From positions 124,001 to 188,000 of the forward strand of contig MFPR01000043.1 in NCBI GenBank assembly GCA_001784175.1: a DNA stretch of 64,000 nt. The letters run 5' to 3'. Shown here in pieces: positions 40,989 to 51,058 of this stretch. The translations under genes and the position numbers were made by a program. Origin of the DNA: Candidatus Lindowbacteria bacterium RIFCSPLOWO2_12_FULL_62_27. GTDB taxonomy: Bacteria; Lindowbacteria; 2-12-FULL-62-27. The notes beneath the pieces were generated by a model. It searched no databases and had not been told where the DNA came from. It was given only the letters and a program-made list of their open reading frames with translations. Position 1 is the stretch's first letter; each line of letters begins with the position of its first letter.

Positions 40989-43900
40989 CAGAACCCGAAG
41001 CCGGCGAATTTGACATTAATGAGCTCGACCAGCTCAAAAAGGACATCGACGGTCTTGAGGCCTCCCTGACCGGCGCCCGGACGGCCTCGTCGGGCGTCGT
41101 GACCGAAGGTCCCAGCGCGTCGGTCGAGCAGGTCCTGGGCGATTTTTACCGGTTCGGCCTGGTCTCCCTTCGCCAGAAGCTTCTCTTTTTCGAAATGCCG
41201 TTCAACGAATTCAAAAAATCCTTCTCCGTCTTCCCCGGCCAGACGATCCTTGCGCCGACGCAACGCGTGAAAAATGTCACGGTCAAAAGTTTTGAAGGCC
41301 GGCACCTCGTCCTGGACGAGGAGTCGTTCCGGTTGTTCGCCAAGATCAACGGATTCGTCCGGTGGATCAACAACCGCCTCACGGTCGACCCGGTCCGGGA
41401 AATCCCCAGAAGCGTCGACGGGTCGACCGGGGCCGTCGAATGCGACGGCACCGCCGTGATCGTCGGCAACGTCGGCAAGGGCGGGAAAGTCAAGGCGACG
41501 GGGGACATCTACGTGCTGGCGGACGTCGATGGCGGATCGATCTCGGCCGGCGGATCGATTTTTATCTACAACGGCGTCCTCCGCCGGTCCACGCTGTTCG
41601 CCGAAGGGTCCATCTTCTGCAATTTCATCGAGCGCGCCGAGGCCGTCACCAAACGGGATCTCTGGGTCAAGACCGCCGTCACGCATTCGCGCATCACGTG
41701 CCACGGCAAGATGGTGGTCTTCGACGCCAAACAGCACGGGTTCCTCAGCGGCTCGGCCACCGTCGGCCGCGAACTCAACGCGGCACAGATCGGCGTGGAG
41801 GGCCAGCGGGTCGACGTCGCCGTCAAGTTCGAGTCCTACCAGGAACGGCTTCAGGATTTCAAAACATGGCTCAACGAAATGCTGGGCCTGAGCAAGGAGA
41901 GCCAGGAAAAAAAAGTGGCGGACCTCTTCGTGATCGAGGCCCAGCCCGTCGCGGAATTCCTGCAAAAAGAGTCCGAGACGCCCAGCCTCGGCCGCGTCGC
42001 GTTCTCCCGGAAGATGTCCAAGGGCGTGAAAGTCACGATTGGCGGCGTCACCGTGGACACCACCCGCGAGGAAGGCGCCGGGACGTGGAAGCTGGACGCC
42101 GGCAAGCTCAAGAAGGATCCCTACGAGGCGCCCGAATACACGGAAAGCATCACCCGGCTCTACTGGCGGTCCGTGCCCGAAGCCCCGCCGGCGGCGGACC
42201 TTCTCGCGAAAATGCGGCGCAACGTCGTTCTGAGCAAACGCGACGCCGGCAAAATCGGCCTCCTGCGCGCCCTCCTCGGCCGACCGCCCGGCGACAACGT
42301 CCTGTTGGTCGCGTCCAACAAAACGCTGGACGAGCGTCCGCAGGAACAGGAACGGGTGATTCTGAAGGAGGCGGGCGACGAGGACGAAAAGCTCAAGACT
42401 TTTTTCGACATGAATCCCGCGGCCCGCAAGGTCAAGGTGACCTGCGACGAAATCAAAAAGGGCCTGGAGGCGGCCTCCTCGAAACTCGACATCCCCATCA
42501 TCGAGCTTGCGTTTGATGTGATCCAGGAAAAATCCGAAGGCGTCATGGGGCTCAACAAGCGGCCCTATATATTGGAAATCTATCGGAAGCCCATCATCCG
42601 CGAGGATCTCGGCAAGCCCACCCTGCCGATGATGCGCGCCACGGCCGCCGGCGGGATGGCCGCGGCCATCAAAAAGAGCGAGGGATATTACACCATCGAA
42701 AATACGCCGGACGGATTGTATCTCACCGTCTACCCGGCCGAGGGCGAAAACGCCAAGGGCGTCGATGTCCGCGTGCTCCTCGCGGACCTCAAGGCGCGCG
42801 GGTACACCAACAACGTGTCCGAGGCCGTGGTGCGGACCGTGACGGAGGAGTCCCGCGGCGAGCGGGTCCGGCTGGCCGACCGGCAGCCCGAGGCGAAGCT
42901 GGACGGCAAGTGCGAGATCAACGTGTCGGCCGACAAACTCAAGGCCGTCCTGAGCGTCACGCCCCCCAAGGAGGGCGGAATGCCGGTCGTCCTTGAGGAC
43001 GTGTTGCGCAAGGTCGCCGAGATGGGCATCCAGAACGTCGACCAGGAAACCGTCGCCGCCTACCTCGAAGGCGGCGCGTTTCACGACTCCCTCCTGATCT
43101 CCGAGGGTACCCCTTCCGTGGACGGGGAGGATGCGCGCCTGGAATTTCTCTTCAAGGGCGGCGAGGGCGAGCGGGAGGAACTCAAGGAGGACGACTCGGG
43201 CCGCGTCGATTACCGGACCATGTCGTCCATCAAGGGCGTGAAGGAGGGCCAGCTCCTCATCAAGAAATATGCGCCCACCGAAGGCACGGTCGGCGTGGAC
43301 GTCTACGGAAGCGAGAGCCGGCCCAAGGCCGGCAAGGACGTGGCGCTGCAGGCCGGCAAGAACGTGCAGGTGTCGCCGGACGGCACCGAATTTTTCGCCG
43401 TCACCAGCGGACACGTCGTCATCACCGGCAAAACCATACGGATCGACAACATCCTCGAGCACAAGGGCACCGTCAACTACGAGATCGGCAACATCAACTT
43501 TGACGGCACCGTCATCATCCACGGCACCGTTGAGGAGGGCTTTGTGGTCCGGGCCACCGGCGACGTCTTTGTCGAGGCGATCGCGCGCGGATTTGTCGAG
43601 TCCGGCGGAAACATCGTCGTCGAGAAGGGCATCATCGGCACGCCCGACACCTACGTCCGCGCTGCGGGGGACATCACGGCCAAGTTCGTCGAGAACGCCA
43701 ATCTCTTCGCCGAAGGCAACATCCTGGTGTCCGAGGCCATCCTCCACTCCAGTCTCTCCGCGCGGCACAACATCGTGCTTCGCGAGGGCAAACGCAGCGT
43801 CGTCGTCGGCGGGGTCGCCCGGGCCGGCGGCAGCGTCGAGGCGCGCACCATCGGCTCGGACGTCGCCACCAAGACCGTCGTCGAAGTCGGATACGATCCC

Positions 43901-44302
43901 ACCGTCCGCGGCCGGATCGGGGAAATCGAAAAGGAGGTGGACCTCAACCGGAAAAATTTCGAGTCGGTCAAGCAGGGCATCGAGACGCTCAACAAGCTCA
44001 AGGAAAAATACGGCGCCCTGCCGGTTGAAAAGGAGGAACTGCTGAAAAAACTCGTGTCGACCGCTCGCGGCATCGCAGAAAAAATCCGCCAGCTCCAGCG
44101 CGAACTCCTCGACCTCAACCGCCGCCTGTCCGAGGCGAAACCCGGCGTCATCTGCGCGCGCGACCGGGTCCTGGCGGGCGCGGTCCTGACGATCATGAAC
44201 TATACGATGCAGATTGACAAGCCGTATTCCTTCGTGAGATTTTACTTCGACCAGCAGTCGGACGACATTAAGTTTACGGAATTCAAGGAAGTAGACATTT
44301 AG
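40985..44302 (+). CDS. FapA (DUF342) family protein with duplicated FapA module and Jag_N domain
   Basis: C-half SADKLKAVL, GRVDYR, VNYEIGNINFDGTVII; N-half VDGSTGAVECDGTAVIVGNV; Jag_N-like GLEAASSKLDIP...FDVIQEKSEGVMGLNKRP. Confidence 0.85.
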   Translation: MTEPEAGEFDINELDQLKKDIDGLEASLTGARTASSGVVTEGPSASVEQVLGDFYRFGLVSLRQKLLFFEMPFNEFKKSFSVFPGQTILAPTQRVKNVTVKSFEGRHLVLDEESFRLFAKINGFVRWINNRLTVDPVREIPRSVDGSTGAVECDGTAVIVGNVGKGGKVKATGDIYVLADVDGGSISAGGSIFIYNGVLRRSTLFAEGSIFCNFIERAEAVTKRDLWVKTAVTHSRITCHGKMVVFDAKQHGFLSGSATVGRELNAAQIGVEGQRVDVAVKFESYQERLQDFKTWLNEMLGLSKESQEKKVADLFVIEAQPVAEFLQKESETPSLGRVAFSRKMSKGVKVTIGGVTVDTTREEGAGTWKLDAGKLKKDPYEAPEYTESITRLYWRSVPEAPPAADLLAKMRRNVVLSKRDAGKIGLLRALLGRPPGDNVLLVASNKTLDERPQEQERVILKEAGDEDEKLKTFFDMNPAARKVKVTCDEIKKGLEAASSKLDIPIIELAFDVIQEKSEGVMGLNKRPYILEIYRKPIIREDLGKPTLPMMRATAAGGMAAAIKKSEGYYTIENTPDGLYLTVYPAEGENAKGVDVRVLLADLKARGYTNNVSEAVVRTVTEESRGERVRLADRQPEAKLDGKCEINVSADKLKAVLSVTPPKEGGMPVVLEDVLRKVAEMGIQNVDQETVAAYLEGGAFHDSLLISEGTPSVDGEDARLEFLFKGGEGEREELKEDDSGRVDYRTMSSIKGVKEGQLLIKKYAPTEGTVGVDVYGSESRPKAGKDVALQAGKNVQVSPDGTEFFAVTSGHVVITGKTIRIDNILEHKGTVNYEIGNINFDGTVIIHGTVEEGFVVRATGDVFVEAIARGFVESGGNIVVEKGIIGTPDTYVRAAGDITAKFVENANLFAEGNILVSEAILHSSLSARHNIVLREGKRSVVVGGVARAGGSVEARTIGSDVATKTVVEVGYDPTVRGRIGEIEKEVDLNRKNFESVKQGIETLNKLKEKYGALPVEKEELLKKLVSTARGIAEKIRQLQRELLDLNRRLSEAKPGVICARDRVLAGAVLTIMNYTMQIDKPYSFVRFYFDQQSDDIKFTEFKEVDI

Positions 44303-44310
44303 GCCGAATA
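44283..44310 (+). promoter_or_regulatory. Possible sigma28 promoter
   Basis: TCAA-N16-GCCGAATA, same spacing as the 3227-3254 site. Confidence 0.3.
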
Positions 44311-44332
44311 AGAGAAAGGACTTGTCCATGCC

Positions 44333-45565
44333 ATGACGACCATCCATGAAGGGTTGCGGGTCCTCATTTTTCATATTCGGATCAGCATGGGACACGAGCG
44401 CGCCGCGCTGGCACTGGCGGAAGCGTTCAAAATCCGCATGTCTGCCGCGCCTCGCGCGTCCCGGCTGCCGTTCGACATCCGGCTCGCGGAGGCGATCGGC
44501 CATTCCTCCGGATGGCTGGCGCCCGTGGTCTGTCATTCCTACATGTCCATCGTCAAGTACTTCCCGACGCTTTGGGATTTCCTCTATGACGATCCGCGCG
44601 CCGGCGGCGCGGCCGGGCGGCTGCTCGAATATTGGACCCGGCGGTCCAGGAATCAGTTTCTGCAATTAATGAAAGAGCACCGGCCGCACCTCGTGATCTG
44701 CACCCAGGCCCTGCCGGCCCGGATCCTCGCCAAACTCAAGGAGTGGGGATACGGCGGCGAGCCCGGCATGGAGGCGCCCGTGTTCGCCGTCGTCACCGAT
44801 TTCAGCATTCACCGATACTGGTCCGCGCCCGGCATCGACGGATATTTTCTGCCCGGGCCCGATGAGCGGTCCAGGCTGATGGAGATGGGCGTGCCGCCGG
44901 ACAAGATCGTTTGCGCGGGAATTCCCATCCCACACGACATGGCCGACCCGGTTCCTGAGGAATATCTGGCGCAGGCGCGCCGGTCACTCGGCCTCAACCC
45001 GGAGTGGCCGACCGTTCTGCTCATGGGCGGCAGCCGCGGGATGGGACTGAGAATGAAACTCATGCGCGAGATGGAGTGCCTGCCGTTTCCGGTCAACATC
45101 CTCGCGCCCGCCGGAACGAACGCGGTCGCGCTCGAGGCGCTGCGCCGCTGGTCGGCCCTGTCGCGCCATCGCGTGGCGGCGCTGGAGTACCGGTCGGACA
45201 TACGGACACTGTACGCGCTCTCGGATGTGGCCGTCACCAAACCCGGCGGCCTGACCCTGGCCGAGTGCATGGCGGTGGGCCTGCCGATGATCATCCATCA
45301 CGCGCTGCCGGGCCAGGAACGGCACAATCTCGAATACGTGCGGAAGCTGGACCTGGCCGAGATCGGATCAAGCCCGGTCGATGTCGTGTCCCGGCTTCGG
45401 GACATGCTTCTGGATCCGGCCCGGCGGGTGCGGACCGGCCTGCGGCTGAAAGCTCATTCCCATCCGAACGCCGCGTTCACCATCGCCGATCATTTGCTTC
45501 GGAGGCTCCCCGCCCTTCCTTCGCCGGACCTTTTTCCCACTCTCTGCGCGTCGCACAGTCACTGA
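44333..45565 (+). CDS. MGDG synthase / UgtP-type diacylglycerol glycosyltransferase (GT28)
   Basis: GHERAA, VVTDFSIHRYW, GIPI, TKPGGLTLAE, LPGQERHN. Confidence 0.9.
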   Translation: MTTIHEGLRVLIFHIRISMGHERAALALAEAFKIRMSAAPRASRLPFDIRLAEAIGHSSGWLAPVVCHSYMSIVKYFPTLWDFLYDDPRAGGAAGRLLEYWTRRSRNQFLQLMKEHRPHLVICTQALPARILAKLKEWGYGGEPGMEAPVFAVVTDFSIHRYWSAPGIDGYFLPGPDERSRLMEMGVPPDKIVCAGIPIPHDMADPVPEEYLAQARRSLGLNPEWPTVLLMGGSRGMGLRMKLMREMECLPFPVNILAPAGTNAVALEALRRWSALSRHRVAALEYRSDIRTLYALSDVAVTKPGGLTLAECMAVGLPMIIHHALPGQERHNLEYVRKLDLAEIGSSPVDVVSRLRDMLLDPARRVRTGLRLKAHSHPNAAFTIADHLLRRLPALPSPDLFPTLCASHSH

Positions 45566-45582
45566 AGAGAGGCTTGAGGGCC

Positions 45583-46398
45583 GTGCGCGTTCCGCGCCGC
45601 TTTGCGCAGGTTTTCCCTCCCCCGTCCGAATTGGCCTGGTATGCTGCCATTCGAATCCTGCGGCACTGGGCTGCGCGTCTGCCCGAAGGCGAAATGGTTC
45701 GGCGGTCGGTCCGGCTGGCCGGGTCGATCGCCGTTCTTGCGGGGAAATCTCCCGCTGCGTTTACGGCCATGGGCCGCGGGATCGCGCAGACCGTGTTTTA
45801 CCGCACGCATGCGATGGATGTTCTGTCGCGTTTGGACGGGCCGTCGAGTCGCCGATGGGAGGGATTTCGAGCGGAGGCGGCCGCGTCGCCGAGATCCATT
45901 TTCGTCAGCGCCCATCTGGGGCCCTTCCAGCTCCAGATGGATCTCCTGGCGGATTTGCTCTGTCCCATTCTTATCTTGTACCGCGCCTACACATGGCCGC
46001 CTCTGGCGGTCGAGATGGCGGAGCTTCGGAAAAAAACAGATCGCTTCACGTATGTCGACATCCGCCGTCCGCGCGAAATCGTGAAAGCGCTCCGGAACGG
46101 AATGTCACTGGGAATCCTCGGCGACGTGGCCCCCTCGCCCGTTCCGGCCCGCCTGGCGGTTCGATGGGGCGCGCCTATTTTCGTTGGCGGACTCTACAAT
46201 CTGGGTGATCCGCAGGAAACGCCCCCGCCCGGGTCAGCGCCTCCGGCGCCCCAAGTGCCGGCGTCTCTGACGCCGGCCGTGTTCGGGTTCGAATACCATC
46301 GGATTGATCCCTCGGACGAGGAAACCACCGCCCGCGCCTGCGCGCTCGCGCTCGATCGAACGCTCCGCGCGCACCGGTCGGATTGGATTCATTCCTAA
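45583..46398 (+). CDS. Divergent LpxL/HtrB-like lipid acyltransferase
   Basis: FVSAHLGPFQ, IVKALRNGMSLGILGD, W-IH C-terminus; start uncertain. Confidence 0.6.
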   Translation: MRVPRRFAQVFPPPSELAWYAAIRILRHWAARLPEGEMVRRSVRLAGSIAVLAGKSPAAFTAMGRGIAQTVFYRTHAMDVLSRLDGPSSRRWEGFRAEAAASPRSIFVSAHLGPFQLQMDLLADLLCPILILYRAYTWPPLAVEMAELRKKTDRFTYVDIRRPREIVKALRNGMSLGILGDVAPSPVPARLAVRWGAPIFVGGLYNLGDPQETPPPGSAPPAPQVPASLTPAVFGFEYHRIDPSDEETTARACALALDRTLRAHRSDWIHS

Positions 46399-46403
46399 TC
46401 CCC

Positions 46404-47513
46404 ATGGACCTGCAGGAGCTTCAGTCGGCGCAGGCCGTCGCCCGGGCGGAATACGACAAACTCAGGACGATTCTGAATGTGGATGCGCTCACGCGCGAGC
46501 TTGGAGTGATCGAAACCCGCGCGGCCGATCCCGCCTTCTGGTCCAATCCGCAGGAGGCGCGAAGCACCGGCAAGCGCCGGGCCGAACTCGAATCCAAACT
46601 CGCCGATGTGCAGGCCGCAGGCGCCGCCCTCACCGATTTCGAAGCCTTCATTGAACTCTCGGTCGAGTCGCCCGGATTTCTCGAAGAGAACGCGGGCGAG
46701 GCCGGCCGGCTTCTTGAGGGCGCCCGCCGCCGGATCGAAACCCTCCGGCATGACGTCTATTTCACGGATCCGATGTCCGTCAACAACGCCATCCTCTCCA
46801 TCCATCCCGGCACCGGCGGCGTCGAGGCGCAGGACTGGGCCGACATGATCCTGCGCATGTACACGCGCTGGGCCGGCCATGCGGGGCTCGGCGTCGAAAT
46901 GCTCGATTATCAAACCGCCGAGGAGGCCGGCATCAAGGACGCGACGCTCCTGGTGTCCGGCCGGTACGCCTATGGCTTGCTGCGGTGCGAGCGCGGCGTT
47001 CACCGGCTCGTCCGCATTTCGCCCTTCGACGCCAATCACCGCCGGCATACCTCCTTCGCCTCCGTCTACGTCCTTCCGGAAATCGACGAGGACATCACGA
47101 TCGAGATCCGCCCTGAGGACCTCCGCGTCGACACATTTCGCGCCAGCGGCGCCGGCGGGCAGCACGTGAACAAAACCGACAGCGCCATCCGCATCACCCA
47201 CCTGACGACGGGACTGGTCGTCTCCTGCCAGACCGAGCGGTCCCAGCACAAAAACCGGGAGAACGCCATGCGGATTCTCCGCGCAAAATTGTACGATTTG
47301 AAGGAGCAGGAAAAGCAGAAGGAGCTGGAAAAACTCGGCGGCGCAAAAGACGACATCGGATGGGGACGGCAGATCCGGTCCTACGTGCTCGAACCCTACC
47401 AGCTCGTCAAGGATCACCGGACCGGGCACGAAACCAGCAGTGTCAACGCCGTCCTCGACGGCGACCTCGACGCGTTCATCGAATCCTTTCTCTCCGCCGC
47501 CGCACAACAGTGA
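46404..47513 (+). CDS. prfB: Peptide chain release factor 2, single uninterrupted ORF
   Basis: GVHRLVRISPFD (SPF), GAGGQHVNKTDSA, WGRQIRSYV. Confidence 0.97.
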   Translation: MDLQELQSAQAVARAEYDKLRTILNVDALTRELGVIETRAADPAFWSNPQEARSTGKRRAELESKLADVQAAGAALTDFEAFIELSVESPGFLEENAGEAGRLLEGARRRIETLRHDVYFTDPMSVNNAILSIHPGTGGVEAQDWADMILRMYTRWAGHAGLGVEMLDYQTAEEAGIKDATLLVSGRYAYGLLRCERGVHRLVRISPFDANHRRHTSFASVYVLPEIDEDITIEIRPEDLRVDTFRASGAGGQHVNKTDSAIRITHLTTGLVVSCQTERSQHKNRENAMRILRAKLYDLKEQEKQKELEKLGGAKDDIGWGRQIRSYVLEPYQLVKDHRTGHETSSVNAVLDGDLDAFIESFLSAAAQQ

Positions 47514-49066
47514 ATGCGCTGAAGCGGGCCGCGCAGGCGGCGCCGGCCGCGATCGCGGCCGTGACGCTCCTCGTGCTCGGTGTGTACCTCCTCCCGCACC
47601 TCGCCTGGTTTTCGCATCAGCCGGTCCTGCTCCTCTCCAGAGACGCCGCGCAGGCGATCCTGTCATCCTCCGGATCGGCCTATGAGCGCACGGTGACCCG
47701 GATCGTCACCAAGAACGTTCAGGGCGTCGTGTTTTCCGAAGACACGCTGGAGGACCTCGAACAATCCGGCCGGGCGTTTGTCGCGTCCGGTGAGGAGCTG
47801 TTGCGGCTTTTCAAGCTCCAGTCCGTCGCGTCGTATTACGTATTTGAGCAGGTTCGGGACAAAAATCTCATTCCGAACGGCTCCTATGTGTTTTTTTCGG
47901 AGGCGCAACTCTTCGATCATGTCTTCAACGAACTCAAATTGCGCCTCCCGCCCGGCACGGTCCGCGTCTTCGAACGCGGCATTTTCAAGGGCGATGCATC
48001 GTTTCCGGACAATTACATCCTCGAATCCACCGTGCCGATCGAAACCCTGAAAACCCTCGCCATCGGCTGGCCGGTCCAACGCATCCGCGAAATCACCGAC
48101 GCGCTGAAAACCCGCGCCGGAGACACGCTGTGGCCCGTGCTCTGGTCCACCGAGCAGGGCGCCGAAGTGCCGGGGGCGGTCCGGCTCGACGCGTCCTACC
48201 TGAGATTTCCGTACGATTCGGTCCGGATCGTCCACGACCCGATGGAATTGGTCGTGTTGCGCCGCGGCGCGGAACTCGCGGCGTTCCAGTCGGCCCCGCG
48301 CCTGCCGGCGGCGACGCCGCTCGTATTGTCGATCCTCATGATCCTGGCGGCGAGCGTGCGGCTGAGCCAGTGGTTCGCCGGATCCATTCTGATTTTCGCC
48401 GTTCTGGTGGTGGTGATCCTGGCGCTGCTCCCGTCGCACGAACCCTGGGTCCTGGAAGGCCTGTCGGCTCTGTTGCCGCCCGCCGCGCTGATTTCATGGA
48501 TGGCGGCGGCCGACCGGTTTCGATCGAAACGCAATAGCGCCATCCTGGCGCCGGCCCATCTTTTCGGCTTTGCCGCGCACTCCGTCCTTTTCCTCGCCGC
48601 GCCGGGATGGCTCCTCTCCACGCTCTTCTGGCAGTATCCGGCCCTGCCGCTCGGCGACCGCGCGGTGTGGGGACTGCTCCTGGCGCCGCTGTGTTCCGCC
48701 GCGCTGTTTCTCGCGGTGTGGGCGATCGAAGTTTCGAATCGTCCGATTTTTCCGAGGCACCTCCGCACGGGACTGGAACTGGGGCTGTCGGCCGCGATCC
48801 TGTTCGGCGTCAGTTCGGCCTGGATTCTCTGCCTGGCCGCCGCTGGGGCGTGGAGCCGGTGGTTCGTCCTGCTGGACCGCACCCGCGGGAGCGCGCTGGA
48901 GGACGCGCCCGGCAACTATGCCGCCTTTTTTGTCGCGTCCGCGCTCGGCCTCAAACTCTTTTTCGAAACCACGCCCATCGCCGCGGTCCTGTGGATCCTT
49001 ACAGCGCTCATGGCCGGCGCCGGCGGCGCTTCGGCGTGGCTGGCGAGAACGGCAAAATCCGCGTGA
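47510..49066 (+). CDS. Polytopic membrane protein with extracytoplasmic domain (DUF5693-like)
   Basis: N-terminal TM, GVVFSEDTLEDLEQSG segment, multiple C-terminal TMs; GTGA overlaps at both ends. Confidence 0.6.
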   Translation: MNALKRAAQAAPAAIAAVTLLVLGVYLLPHLAWFSHQPVLLLSRDAAQAILSSSGSAYERTVTRIVTKNVQGVVFSEDTLEDLEQSGRAFVASGEELLRLFKLQSVASYYVFEQVRDKNLIPNGSYVFFSEAQLFDHVFNELKLRLPPGTVRVFERGIFKGDASFPDNYILESTVPIETLKTLAIGWPVQRIREITDALKTRAGDTLWPVLWSTEQGAEVPGAVRLDASYLRFPYDSVRIVHDPMELVVLRRGAELAAFQSAPRLPAATPLVLSILMILAASVRLSQWFAGSILIFAVLVVVILALLPSHEPWVLEGLSALLPPAALISWMAAADRFRSKRNSAILAPAHLFGFAAHSVLFLAAPGWLLSTLFWQYPALPLGDRAVWGLLLAPLCSAALFLAVWAIEVSNRPIFPRHLRTGLELGLSAAILFGVSSAWILCLAAAGAWSRWFVLLDRTRGSALEDAPGNYAAFFVASALGLKLFFETTPIAAVLWILTALMAGAGGASAWLARTAKSA

Positions 49067-49848
49067 CCCCACTCAGGTGGCAGTTGTGGATCGCGATTCT
49101 TCTGGCGGCGGGCCTCTCGTTTCAATCGGCGCGGCGCCTTTCGAAATCCCTGCCGGAGCGCCTCCCGATGGTCGTGGCTCTGCCCGATGACACATCGGCG
49201 GCGATCCGGCCCGAGATCGAGACGCGTCTGGTGGCCGCGGGAGTGATGTTCGAGTTCGTGCCGAAGGACGCAGGCGTTGCGCGATGGCAGCAAAGCCTGT
49301 TCGAAGGCGCGCCGCCGCTGGACACCGCCGTGTGGGGAGACCTCGCCGGAAACCCGCTGCCTGACGTCTACATTGTCCGCGCCCACACCCCCGCCCTCTA
49401 CGAACAGTTGGCCGGCGATCTTCGGGAGGCGTTCCCCGCCGCCCGCGTCCAGTATGACGCCGTCGCCCTGCGCCGCCTTGCGGTCGCGTTGAAGGCCGTC
49501 CGGATTCTGGTCCCGGCCGTCTGCCTCTGGATGCTGGTTCTGTGCTGTCTGAGCCTCGCGGACCGGATGCAAGTGGACCGATTTCACCGCCTATCGGAAG
49601 CGCTCCGGCCGGCGATCCTTTCGGTCCTGATCGCGGTGATCTGGATGGGATGCCTGACGACCGCGCTCGGATATGCCGCGGAGCGCCGCCCGGCGTGGGG
49701 GTTGCGGCCGTTTGTGGATTTGGCGAAACAATTTTTTCAAGCGGCCGGGTTGGACGGATGGTTCGCCGTGAAATTCTTCGCGGGCTGGCTCGCGCTCGTC
49801 ACACTGGCGTTTTTTCTGTCGGGGCGTCGCGCAAAGGATGCGGCGTGA
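49063..49848 (+). CDS. Divergent FtsX-like permease
   Basis: TM, periplasmic loop with GNPLPDVYIVR (FtsX NPLP motif), three more TMs; upstream of EnvC-like gene. Confidence 0.6.
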   Translation: MTPLRWQLWIAILLAAGLSFQSARRLSKSLPERLPMVVALPDDTSAAIRPEIETRLVAAGVMFEFVPKDAGVARWQQSLFEGAPPLDTAVWGDLAGNPLPDVYIVRAHTPALYEQLAGDLREAFPAARVQYDAVALRRLAVALKAVRILVPAVCLWMLVLCCLSLADRMQVDRFHRLSEALRPAILSVLIAVIWMGCLTTALGYAAERRPAWGLRPFVDLAKQFFQAAGLDGWFAVKFFAGWLALVTLAFFLSGRRAKDAA

Positions 49849-51056
49849 CGATGCTGCGGCCGGCCGCCCTCGTCCTGATGCTTCTCGCCAATCCCGCGTC
49901 TGACAGGCAGGCGGATCTGAAGAGCGCGCATGACGAGGTGATGCGGCAAATCCGGGCGCGCGAGGCGGAATATGAGCGCGAGCAGGAGACATTGAAAAAA
50001 ACAAAACGCGAGGCCGTGGATCTCGGCCGGAAGGAACGCGGGATCCTCAAGAAACTGGAAGCCGCCGAAAAGGCGTGGTCCAGGACCCGCGCGGAACTCG
50101 CGGTCCTTCAGCGGCAGATGGAGGCGCTGCAAAAGGATATTCTTCTGACGCAGGCGCAGTGGCAAACCGAACATTCCTCGCTCGAACACCGCGAGTGGCT
50201 CCTGGCCCGGCGCCTCAAGAACCTGTATCTCTACTCGGCCCGTTCGGGCCGCACGGCCGACCTGATCGCCTATGGGGACCTGTCGGTCTCCTTCGGGCTC
50301 AGGGAGGGTCTCCGGCGGGCGGCGGAATCGGATCACCGGCTCATCGGCCGGATCCGCCGGAAAAAACTGGAGATCGAAAAAATCCAGGACTTGCTCGCCG
50401 CCAAGGAATCCCGGCTCAGGGACGCGCAAAAGAAGAAGGCCTCGCTCGAACGCCGGCAGGATCAGGAACGCGCCCGGCGCCAGGAACTCCTGCGCGACGT
50501 CCGGAGCCGCCGCAGCGCGCTCGACGAAGTCGCCCGGCAGATCGAAATGGAAAGCGCCAATCTCAAGGTCCTCCTCGTGTCCCTCCAGGAACGGTCCCTC
50601 AAGCTCAAGGAACAGATGGCGTGGTACAGGAAGGAGTTCGAGGACAAGAAGGGAATCCTCATCTGGCCCGTCGAGCCCGCGGCCATCCGGGGCGTCCGGT
50701 CCTTCGGGAAAAATTTTGATGAGTCGATCGGCGCATGGCGGATGAACAAGGGAATTGACATTCTCACCGAAACGAATCAGAGTGTGAGGGCGGTCAGCAA
50801 GGGCGAAGTGGTGTTTGCCGATTTTATGGGCCGAATGGGGAACCTCGTCATCCTGTCCCACGGCGGCGACTATTTCACTCTCTATGCGCACCTGTCCGAA
50901 ATCGGCGTCACGCTCTCGAGCGTCCTCGAACAGGGCGCGCCGCTGGGCCGGGCGGGCAATACGGGACTCTTGGAGGAAACCGCCGTCCTGCACTTCGAGA
51001 TTCGCCGGGGCAGCCAGGCCATCGATCCCGAAAAATGGATGGGAAGGAGACCTTGA
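49845..51056 (+). CDS. EnvC-like murein hydrolase activator (coiled coil + degenerate M23)
   Basis: Coiled coil, KGILIWPV, NKGIDI, TLYAHLS, LHFEIR. Confidence 0.88.
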   Translation: MTMLRPAALVLMLLANPASDRQADLKSAHDEVMRQIRAREAEYEREQETLKKTKREAVDLGRKERGILKKLEAAEKAWSRTRAELAVLQRQMEALQKDILLTQAQWQTEHSSLEHREWLLARRLKNLYLYSARSGRTADLIAYGDLSVSFGLREGLRRAAESDHRLIGRIRRKKLEIEKIQDLLAAKESRLRDAQKKKASLERRQDQERARRQELLRDVRSRRSALDEVARQIEMESANLKVLLVSLQERSLKLKEQMAWYRKEFEDKKGILIWPVEPAAIRGVRSFGKNFDESIGAWRMNKGIDILTETNQSVRAVSKGEVVFADFMGRMGNLVILSHGGDYFTLYAHLSEIGVTLSSVLEQGAPLGRAGNTGLLEETAVLHFEIRRGSQAIDPEKWMGRRP

Positions 51057-51058
51057 AC

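Noticed and set aside
40919-44665. 1248-aa minus-strand ORF (also 17275-19863, 24506-26797, 50882-52441 and similar)
   Set aside because: Antisense shadows of real genes caused by high-GC codon bias; no recognisable motifs.
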